A stretch of DNA of 45,252 bases, the filler included, from Jimgerdemannia flammicorona (lineage: Eukaryota), in NCBI GenBank assembly GCA_003990765.1. It is 2 parts of 2 records of this genome, joined end to end, with 100 filler letters (N's around TTAATTAATTAA, not from the genome) between each part and the next. Parts side by side here need not be neighbours in the genome. Positions count along the whole stretch, not along the records: positions 22,680 to 45,252 come from RBNJ01001245.1; 1 more part is not named here. One strand, written 5' to 3'. Within the stretch, counting starts at the first letter, position 1. Each line of letters opens with the position of its first letter. Below the pieces are notes generated by a model. The model worked only from the letters and a program-made list of their open reading frames with translations. It searched no databases and was not told the origin of the DNA. This document shows, in pieces, positions 35,838 through 45,252 of the stretch. The position numbers and the translations under genes were made by a program.

Positions 35838-38800
35838 CATCTCTCTCTAGTACCTCTTGGGTTACACAACTTTTGGAAAGCAACTACAACATCATTTTTG
35901 GAGAAAAGAGACTAGTAACTTGGCAACTGACAGGTAATCTGAGGTGTATACTGGGTAGGGTGGCCCAAGTGCATTCGACTGGCAGTATGTGGGGAGAGGC
36001 CCTGGCCTGGGGAGAGGTATGAGGGGGCTGCTGGCAGGTGGATGTGGAAGGGAAGGAGGCAGTGGTGGAGGACAGAGATCTGGGAGGGCAAGCTTTGCTG
36101 AGATGGTGAAGGGGAGAAGGCAGATATTGGGGCTGGAGGGTTGGTTGAGGAAAGGCAAGGAAATGGAGAAGGCGACAGTATATGGGGGAGTAGCCCTTGG
36201 TAGAGAGAGCAGTAGGGTTGGTGGTATAGGGGCTGGGGGGGGTGTAATGGCTGATGGAGGCAGGACTGCTAATCTGGAAAAAAATTCAGATGTGACTGTA
36301 GATGGTACGGCTGAGCAACTGGGGTCTGGGAGACAAGGAGATTTGGCAGATGGTGTGATGGGCCTGACAGTGGCACCATTACTCAAGAAATTGATCTTGG
36401 CATTTGCAGTGACACTGTGCTTCTGGGGCCTAGCAGTGATGGTGAAAATAGTACTGGGGCTGATTGCTAAGCAGGTGGCTGGAGCAGTGTCCATAAAGTT
36501 TTTAAAGAGACTGGAGGGAGTGGAGGTGGGCTTTGAGGAGGCTGAGCCTTTGGAGGAAGCATTGAAGATTGGTTTGATAGTTGGGGAGGTGTGTGTTCTG
36601 ATGGCATGATGCCTGAAATGGGATCCCAGAGTGGTCCAACTGCTGGTGAAAGGGGTGCCCACAGTGATGGCAATGGAGACAAGAAAGAGAGTTGAGGAGG
36701 TCATGGCAGAGTATGGAGAAGTAGTGGATATTGGATTCAGGGTCTGGGAGAGGACCTCACTCAGGACTGGAGATGTGGACATGAGGATCTAGCTGACAGG
36801 GAAGGAGGCCACCAGGAAGACAAGGAACTGGCCTTCCAGTATAGTCTGAGGGGTGATCATGTGCAAGGTAATGAGGGTGAAGGGGAGTGAGGAGGAGGAA
36901 GAGGACCTATTAGAGGTGCTGGAAGAGTTGAGTGGTGTGGTGGAATAGTGGGCAAAGGCTTGGAGGGCCTTTGAGGAGGCAATGCACTTAGAGGTGGTGG
37001 ATGGAAAGCAGATTCGAGTGAGCAAGGAGCAGTGGGAATGAGATCAGAGACATAAGAGATAGAGAGAACTGCTGGTGAAGATGAAGGGTGGACCTCAAGA
37101 GAATATGAACAGGATGGTGGACATGGGGGGGACCAAAGTGAGTGTCTGGGCAGGCAAGGAAAGTGGGAGTACTAGGAAGGAGACTGGTGAGGACAGGGAG
37201 GTGACTGGCAAGAATCCATATGCGGATGGTATGCTGGAGGTTTGGGATGAGACATGGGAGGACTCCCCTACCCCTACTCCCCTTATCAGGCAGGGCCCAG
37301 CTTCCCAAAGTAGAGTGGTGGAGGATGTGCCAATGCAGGGGGCCCAGAAAGTGCAATTTGGAGTCCCAGAGGTGGTGAAAGGGGGACAAGTGGTGGTGGT
37401 CAGTGAGGAGGAACTGGTGGATGTCCCAGAGGAGTGAGATGAGGCTGTGAGTGCTGGGGCTGATACTACAATGCTAGATGGTGAGAGGCCAGTGACTCCT
37501 GGAGGAAAGGAGGTGGGGAACCTCCTTTGGATGTGTAGGATGATGAACAACCTAGTGGCTGAGGAGCTGGGAGAGGTAGATTTGAGGGTTATAAGCAACA
37601 AGCATTGGGCAAGAATTCTGCAGGGGGAGGGGGTGGTGATGGCTTTGAAGGTGGAAATTCTTGCAGTGTATTTGGAGGAGGAGGGTTATGAGGTAGATAA
37701 GGAGTGGGAGGCAGAGATGGTGGGAGTCACAGAAGAGAGGGCTGAATACTGCTGGACCAAGTGTTATGGACTGCAGCTCTGGCAGGAAGCCTGCCTAGAG
37801 TACTGCAAGGAATTCAAGAAGAAGGCAGATGGGGAGATGAATGAGCTGTTGGCTGGACTGGAGGCTCAGAGGGCTGAAGAGGAGGCAGTGACTGTGGAAC
37901 ACAATCTGGACTTGGCACAGGAGGAGATGAACATGAAGCAGTAGAGAGAGCTTGATAACACACCATTTTTTACTATGAATAGTACAACCAACATTTTTTC
38001 TTTGAACATGAATGGGTTATGGGGTGCTTATTGATATAAGAACATTTTTACTTGGCTGAAGGGATTGGAGGCTGATCTTTTCCTCTTGCAGGATGTCAGG
38101 TGTGAGGATGACTTGAATAGACTGGAATGGACAAAGGAGTGGGGAGGTGAGGCAGTCTGGAAGAGCAAGGTTGGGATTCTGGTGTAGAAAAGCAGAGGAG
38201 AGATAAGGAATATGTAGAGCTGGGGGGATAGATTGGTCTGGGGAGAGTGGATATGCAAAGGTTGGGAGTCAGTAATGGTGAGCTCTTGTTACTGCCCTGC
38301 AGTACAGGGTGAGCATATGAATTGGGTGAAGGGCCTACAGAAGAGTGGAATTCTTGCAGAGATTGGAGTGGATATGCTTGGTGGGGACTTCAATATGGTC
38401 TGAGACATATTGAGGGATAGAACTGATGGGAGGAAGTGGAAAGACTGAGTGCTCTGGTGGATGTGGGTAGAGAATGTTGGGGGGATAGAAGGGTGTATAT
38501 GCACTGGGCTGGAGGCCTGGGGATGAGGATTGATTGGATTCTGACAGCCAGCTGCTGGGGCTTGGATGTTTGGAAGTCACTGGAGGTGGAATGGTGTCCT
38601 TGGTCGGATCATTGGGGGCTTTTAGGGCAGGGGCATTTTGGGGGGAGTGGGGATGGGCCTGGACATTGGTATCTCAATTTCTCCTTACTAGATGATAGGA
38701 TCTGGTGGGATGAGTGGGCTGAAGACATTCAACTGCAAGTGGAGTGCTGGAGACAGGAGGGTGCCCCAGTTGGTATCCAGTAGATGAGGATGAAGGAGAT

Positions 38801-39300
38801 GGCCAGGACCTTCTGGAGTGAGGCTGGTAAGGAGGCTGGGAAACAGAGGAGACAGCAGGTGTGGTGGGCTTCTAGTAGACTATCTAGGCTCTTAGAGGAC
38901 TGGGCAAGATTGGTGACATTGGAGGGGGAGGAGGATTGGAGATTGATAAGAGTAAGAATAGAGGTGGTTGAACTACAACAGGTGCTGTGGAATGAGAAAG
39001 AGGTAAGAGTCCAAGGTCTGGTAGTGTGGCTTCATTGGCAGAGGTTGGAGGAAGGAGAGAGGCCCTCAAAGTTTCTCACAAGAGCCCTTCAGGTGAGAAG
39101 GGTGCAATAAAGGTGGAAGGGGGTGCTTAATGCTAATGGTATACTGGTGTATGGCATACAAGATATTCTTGGATCATTAAAGGAGCATTGGAGTGAATTA
39201 TAGAGTGAGGAGGAGGGTGAGGCAGATACTGAAGACATTGACCGAGTGTTGGAGGATTGGTACTCTACACAAGCTGATGGACTGGGTGACTTAGGTTCAA
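35838..39300 (+). mobile_element. L1/Tx1-like LINE, 5' part (ORF1 about 35920-37955; ORF2 APE from 37975), truncated before RT
   Basis: ORF1 has RRM-like VQLLVKGVP..VMAEYGEVVDI..RTGD. ORF2 has IFSLNMNGL, DLFLLQD, GGDFN, RIDWIL, SDH and EGERPSKF. It starts CATCTCTCTC like the copy at 44937. Confidence 0.9.
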
Positions 39301-39544
39301 GTGAATAAAATGTTTTAAAGATAAATTACCTATTTAGGAGGAAGTTGTGATGGTTGATCCAAATTAAGAATATAAATTAGAGGAATAAACATTTAATTAT
39401 AGTATCTAAATCTGATTTCCAAATATAGTATAGTCTTATAAATAGCAGTCATTTTACAAATATAGAAACTTTAACAAATGTTAGAATTTTATAAATATTG
39501 AGATTTAACAGATATCAAGGATCTATACTTATAAAGAGTAATTT

Positions 39545-39804
39545 ATAGAAAATATAGTCATAACTTAGTCATATTATAGCTAGCAAATATGTATAAATAT
39601 CTCTAGTATTTAGAGTGAATAAACCTCAGATTGAAATAGTTCAATATAAAGAGAAAGAAAGAAAATTATTAAGCCTACAGACAGCTATACTTCAAACTCA
39701 CTCATACTCTTATACTTTAAGAACTCTGTAGAGTTAAAGAAGATCAAGTTTTCAAGATACAGAAATCTGATGTACTTGTATAGTTATACATCTACTATAT
39801 TATA
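39545..39804 (+). repeat. LTR relic (possibly solo) related to 13489-13750
   Basis: GTCATAACTTAG..GTATAAATA..GAATAAACCTCAGA..ACTATATTATA is shared with the 13.5-kb relic. True left end not determined. Confidence 0.6.
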
Positions 39805-40149
39805 ATATCTAGAAAAATATAGCTCTATAATTATTATAATATAGCAGTTGTCTAATCTCAGAAGTATGGTAGATTGTGAAATTTATATAAAAGAAGAAAG
39901 AGTATATAAAGAAGACTTTTTTTTGAGAATTAAACTAACTGAGGTTTATTTACTCTAAAATACTGAGTTATTTATATAGATTTGTATACTATAATCAAAT
40001 ATCTATTTCCTGTTTCTATTTCATTCTATATATTATATCTTCTCTTTAAATAGATTATTTTTAATATAAAAATATCTATTCAAATTCCTATATTGTAATG
40101 TTTATATATTTATTCCCTCTATATAAACTTGTTATCAGTATCAGAATGT

Positions 40150-41020
40150 TTTTTGAGATCTCATAGTCTTCAAATAATTAATTCATGATATTATTAAAAG
40201 TTAGATAATAATTTATATTCAAAATTCAGATAATGATATCTTCAAAAATTAGTTTCAAAAATTGGATGACAGCTCATCTTCAAAAGTCAGATAATGGTAT
40301 CTTCTATTCTCCAGAGTGGTTTATTTATATATTATCTAAAGTCAGATAACAGTATCTTCAAAGATAGAGCAGATGATAGTATCTTTAATTCTCATTTATA
40401 TATTGTATAAAGTTAGACAATAGTTCATATATAATATCTTTTAATTCTCTATAGTAGTCCATTTGTATATCAGGCAGTATTCTATATAATTAACTCAGAC
40501 AGTTTATAGATAATATCTTCAGTAGAGCAGCAGTTTATATAATAGTTAATATTTATATCTTCAAAAGTCAGGTAATATTCTTCAAATAATTAACTTAGAT
40601 AATAGTTTGTATGTTATCAAAATTGATTAATTCTTATAATATTATTTTTCAAACTAAGGAGCAATCTAGCTATTAACTTAACAATATATCTTTCTAGAGT
40701 ATATTTTGTTTAATACTGATGATTTATAGAAATAAGACTGACAACTAGAACAACTAATTAATAACAAATGATATAGACAAAACAATGTCTTCAAAAGTCA
40801 GATGAATGGTCTATATAAGGGTCTGTTTGATATAGTGATTTGTTCAGTATTTTTTGATAATTAATTTTTATAATATTATTCTTTAAACTAAGGAGTGACC
40901 TGGCTATTAACTCAATGATACAGTCCTTTGCAGAATATCTATTATTCAATACTAATGGTTTATAGCAATGAGACTAATAACTAAAATAACCAATTAACAG
41001 CATATGATATAAAGATAAAC
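40150..41020. repeat. Degenerate short-repeat array plus about 155-bp direct duplication
   Basis: Recurrent AAA(G)TCAGATAA..TATCTTC units at 40195-40580 and 40790; 40631-40782 resembles 40865-41020. Confidence 0.65.
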
Positions 41021-41025
41021 ACTAT

Positions 41026-42425
41026 TGTAATATACCTGGCTCAATGGAGGCAATTTACAAGGTTAAGGGTTAGTATAGTTTGGCTTGAGCACCCAGTTAC
41101 TTTGTTAAAAGCAATAAAATACTCTTAGTGTTTAGTGGTATAATAGTCAAAACTGGATATCTATGAGAAATTTCCTTATTGAGATGGGTTCTCTGAGTGT
41201 AGCAGCAATTTGTAAATGGGTTTCTTTCTTGAGTCAACTGGGAATTAGTGGAATTTCATATATAGTGTAATAGTTTCCTTCTTGAGTGACAGCAATCTCC
41301 AAAAGTAGATGATTTCTGGGTGACAATTTCTATGTAGTGTAATGATCTCTGTATAGCATAGTAGATTCCTAAAATGGCAGCTTACTGGAAATTATACTGG
41401 CAGTAGGTTCTCCAAATTGAGCTCACTGGAAACAGATGAACAACTTGGCAGCAGATAACTCAGATAACTCAGATAACTCAGATATCATAGAAGGTGAATA
41501 ATTCAATAACTCAGATAACTCAGATGTTACAGATTCTTTCTGAATTAGCAGGCTTCTGGGAATAATAACTCAGAGAGTATGGATAATTTGAATAACTTAG
41601 GTATTGTAGATTCTTCCTGAATCAGCAGGGTTCTCTGAGAATGTAGATAACTTGAAAATAGTAGCTTCAACTGGGAAAGGATCTCTTGGTAAAGTTATAT
41701 TAAAGACTGGCTTTGTTTATATGATAGATCACTGCAAAGTTACATCAGAAACTAGCTTGAGCAAGGCAGCTTTCTCTTAGATAGTGGAAACTTGGGCTCT
41801 TCAGGCTTATCTGGCAAGCATACCAAAAGCATTGCAGCTTATTCCTTAAGCAACAGATTTCTCAAATGGTGGTGAAGTTCTTCCTTGAATATGGCAGCAA
41901 ACTTGGATTCTTCAGGCTTAGTCTGGCAAGTATATCAATTAATCTTTGTATTGGAAAGTGGACCAGAGTGGGAAAGGGGCAAAGCTTACAATCTCCTAGT
42001 GGTAGCTATAGAGCAGACATTTCTCCTAAATATTGCAATCCTTCCTGGATTAAGTGGCTTTTGGCAGGCATATCTCTTGAAGTATAGTGAGCAGACTTGT
42101 CTTTTGCTCTGTATTTCAGAACTGAGGTTTATTCACTCTTGTCTCTGGGGTATTTTATATAGTTATGGTTACTATCTGGTTACTATGTTACTAACTATAG
42201 ATTGCTAACTATGGCAAGTATTCTTTGAGGGTACAGTATATCTTGAGGGTATAGTATACCTTAAGGGTATGGTATATCTGAAGGGTATAGGTAAATATAC
42301 TGTTTCTGGTATCTCTGGCTAATTATACAAGTTGGTACAGTAAAGCAGTCTTGGTTGCTTAGTGCTCTAGATATAGTATGTGGCTAATTTATGATTTTGG
42401 CAGTACAATTCTATTGCTCATCACA
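41026..42425 (-). repeat. 3' LTR of family B copy (1400 bp)
   Basis: TGTGATG...TATTACA on the minus strand; homologous to 28784-30177. Confidence 0.88.
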
Positions 42426-42465
42426 TCAGCCCCCACTAAAGAATGGTCTGTCCTTAGACAATCCT

Positions 42466-42978
42466 TTAGTCATCATTCCAATATGCATAGGCATCTTCAG
42501 CATCAATACCTGAACTGGTATCTTCATTTGAATCAGAGTTACTCTACTTGACAGATTCATCTTCCTCCTCTGAAAACAGAATTTCAATATGGTTGATAAT
42601 ACTCCAGTAGGTGGCAGAGTTCATATTCTGAATATCATTCAGCAAGAATTGTGCTTGTGTCAATGCTGGGATATTTCATTTGTAGATTGTATATAATCTG
42701 TCTGCAGCAGTGGTATTTTTCTGAGTGAGGCTAGTGGAGTTTCTGATGTAGGTCAGGTCTGCTGCTGGGAGGTTCTACAACTGTTCTCTAATTATATAGT
42801 AGGCCTGCAGCTAGTGGACTTATAGTAAATGTTTGGCCAAAGTGAGGTTCTCTTGATGAGTCTGAATTTGCTGAAGTGGGTTTTCATTGGCTTGTTGGAA
42901 TTATAGAAGAGAAACTGGGAGTGATTGGAATGAACTCAGAACAAGAGTCTGGAGGCACTAGTCAATTATCTGGTTTAT
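42466..42978 (-). pseudogene. Extra ORF (about 170 aa) between integrase and 3' LTR, unknown function
   Basis: One frame from ATA (probably ATG) 42978 to TAA 42466. Internal stops are TAG/TAA/TGA revertible to CAG/CAA/CGA. Acidic tail. Motif shared with 597-1418. Confidence 0.7.
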
Positions 42979-44936
42979 AATGAGAGAGGTATATCTTGAG
43001 GTGGTTGATGTATACTGGTGTCCTGAGGGTCTGTCTATCTATACTTTTTAAATAGATACTAGTTCCTCAAATATTATATACAAGATAAGGTCCTTCCCAT
43101 TTGGGCTTCAATTTGGTGGCAAAATTCATTTCAATTATACTTCTCCAAACTAGTACTTGATCTCCAATCTTGATCTCCTGATCCTTCTGTTTCTGGTTAT
43201 AGTACTTTTTTTTTCTTTCTTGGGCCTTGATAATCTGGGCTTGGGCTTAATTACATAGCTGTTCTGCCTTCTTGAGGAGGTCTCTGAGATTCTCATGATT
43301 AGCAGTTCTGGTTTTCTTAGCAAACATTATTTCAAATGGCTTTTGTTTGATGGAGGTAGTAGGGGTATTCCAAATCTCCCATAAGATCTCAGGTAAGCAG
43401 AGGTCCCAGTTAGTAGGATTGACTTGGACAAGTCCTTTCTTAATGGTCTGATTCATTCTTTCTGTCATGCCATTGGTCTGGGAGTAGTATGATATAGTCT
43501 GTTTGAGGTAAATCTTGTGAATTTGGACATAACTTATGATTATGTTATTGATGAATTCTGTGCCTCAGTCAGAGATGAGTTCTTCTGAGAGTTCATATCT
43601 GAGTGTGAGTCTATAGAGAAGGCCTATAATGGTTAAGGCATCTGCGATTTCTATTGGAAAAGTCTTGGGCCATTTGGTTAGATATTCCACAAATACTAAA
43701 ATGTACTTGTTTCTTCTTAGTATAACTGGTAAGGGTCCAATTACATCTACTCCCCATCTCTGAAAGATATTGTCTGGTGGTATGATTGGTTGCAGTAGTG
43801 CTTGGTAGTTCTTCCTTCCTTAGTACTTCTGGCAGATATCACATTTCTTGAGTATATCCCAAACTTATGTTCTGAGATTGGACCAATACTGGTATGTTGT
43901 TTACAACTTTTCTTCTATGTTTGCTTGTCCTTAGTGGACTTTCTGATGTTCTTTTCAGATGAGATCTTCTTGTGTCTTGATGGTCTGAGGAACTTCCTTT
44001 GAGATGTAGTTCCTCAGGACACCCTTCTTCTAGTTCATTGGGACTGACAGGAAAGTATATCAATATTCTTGTAAGCTTTCCCTGCTTTGTGGATGATGGT
44101 GATTTTGTAATTCTGAAGGATAAGGATCCAGTGGGCCAGAATTCCAGTAGATTTCTTGTGGTTGAATAACCATTTGAGGGCTACATGATCTGTGATCAGG
44201 GTGAATCTTTTTCTAATAAGATAATACTTTAACAGGGTGACTGCCCATATGACTGCAAGGCATTCCAATTTGGTGCTGCCATAGTTTATCTGCTGTTGAT
44301 TGGTAGCTCAGCTTGCATAAGCTATCATATGATGTTGTTGGTCAGATCCTTCCTGGGCTAGAACTGCTCCTATGCTATCTTTAAAAGTACCTATATATAA
44401 GATGAATGGCTTCTATAGATTGAGGTATACAAGGATTGATACTATAGTCATGCAGTTCTTGAGTTCTTTGAAGGCTTTTTCTTGTGATTCTGTCTATTTG
44501 AATGGCACTCCTTTCTTGAGAAGGACTTGAATTGGGGCAGCAATTTGGGCAAAATCCTTGATAAATCTTCTGTAGTAGGATACTAGCATCAGAAATGATA
44601 ATGTTTCCTTTGGGGTCTTGGGTACTGGCCAATTGTTAATCTTTTTGGTTTTCTTTGGGTCTGTATGAGTTCCCTCTTTTGAAACTATAAATCTAAGGAA
44701 TTTAAGTTTCTGTTTTCTGAAGTAGCATTTCTTGGCATTGAGTCTCAGGTGATTCTTGTGGGTGAGTTTGAAGAATTCCTCCAGATGGTATAGATGTTCT
44801 TCAAAGTTGGTTGAATAGATATTGGAATCATCCATATATACAATCAGGCAGTGGTAGATCAAGAGGGTATAGACTGAATTCATTATCCTCTGAAAGGTGG
44901 GTAGAGTATTGTAAAGTTCAAAGGACATTCAGAGGT

Positions 44937-45252
44937 CATCTCTCTCCACTACAATTCACGTTACACACACTTTTCGACACACTTTCGAAGCTTTTATTGG
45001 AGAAAGATACTAAGGCAATGTCAACCAGCAAGCAAGCCGACACGCGTACTAGGTCGGGTGGACCTGGGGCCTTCGACTGGCAGACTGTCGGGAGAGGGTA
45101 TGGATTGGGGATGGGGTCCTTCGGTGGCTCGAGTGGGCAGGGTGGCTCCGGCAGTGGAAGTGGCACTGGAGGGGGGGCTGGAGAGAAGCAGGGGAGGAGC
45201 TTTGCGGACACACTGAGGGGTGGGGGCTGGCCATTGGGCACTCGTGGTGGAC
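44937..45252 (+). mobile_element. 5' end of a younger L1/Tx1-like LINE; ORF1 starts at 45018 and runs off the window
   Basis: MSTSKQADTRTRSGGPGAFDWQTVGRG...RSFADTLRG matches GGPSAFDWQYVGRG...RASFAEMVKG of the 35.9-kb copy. CpG is retained. It interrupts the Gypsy RT. Confidence 0.85.

Larger units (their letters stand above)
41026..44936 (-). mobile_element. Ty3/Gypsy family B, 3' part (RT, RH, IN, extra ORF, PPT, 3' LTR)
   Basis: 44340-44936 closely matches 35247-35833. Motifs YMDD, ECLAVIWA..TDH, IN ERMNQTIK and KWEGPY. PPT-like AGTGGGGGCTGA precedes the LTR. Confidence 0.95.

Noticed and set aside
35989..36609. Apparent transmembrane segment suggesting an env-like gene
   Set aside because: It continues in frame into an RRM-like LINE ORF1 region; the hydrophobicity is probably inflated by mutation.
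35892..36782. 296-aa Ser/Pro-rich minus-strand ORF (also 37095-37601 and 44936-45241)
   Set aside because: Antisense shadows of the G-rich LINE ORF1.
40195..40620. CRISPR-like spaced repeats
   Set aside because: Eukaryotic context, degenerate repeats, irregular spacing and no cas genes.

Overview
Eukaryotic, almost certainly fungal DNA; the SAPS gene and TE repertoire look Mucoromycota-like, which is an inference. About 80% of the window is nested, decayed transposons around a gene island of about 8 kb (14.4-22.5 kb). Left: a complete but mutated minus-strand Ty3/Gypsy element (A, 100-10108) with 1.56-kb LTRs, a dUTPase between protease and RT, and a 273-codon ORF inside the LTR. Three LINE 3' ends with TSDs, a hAT-type MITE and further LTR relics follow. 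The island holds a small secreted RGG-rich protein gene and the last six exons of a SIT4-associated (SAPS/SAP190-like) gene. After an assembly gap come a young Ty1/Copia element inserted in an intron-containing hAT transposase relic and two convergent halves of a second dUTPase-bearing Ty3/Gypsy family (B), each interrupted by an L1/Tx1-like LINE 5' end. Main observation: both Gypsy families carry an extra ORF downstream of pol. Once C>T/G>A damage is reversed, these ORFs share a motif (Q-x4-Y-x-I-G-x2-L ... A-x-[KR]-[IL]-[HY]-x-I-[FY]-[RK] ... D-[FI]-x2-[LM]) that I cannot assign to a known family. The repeats show pervasive RIP-like transition mutation.
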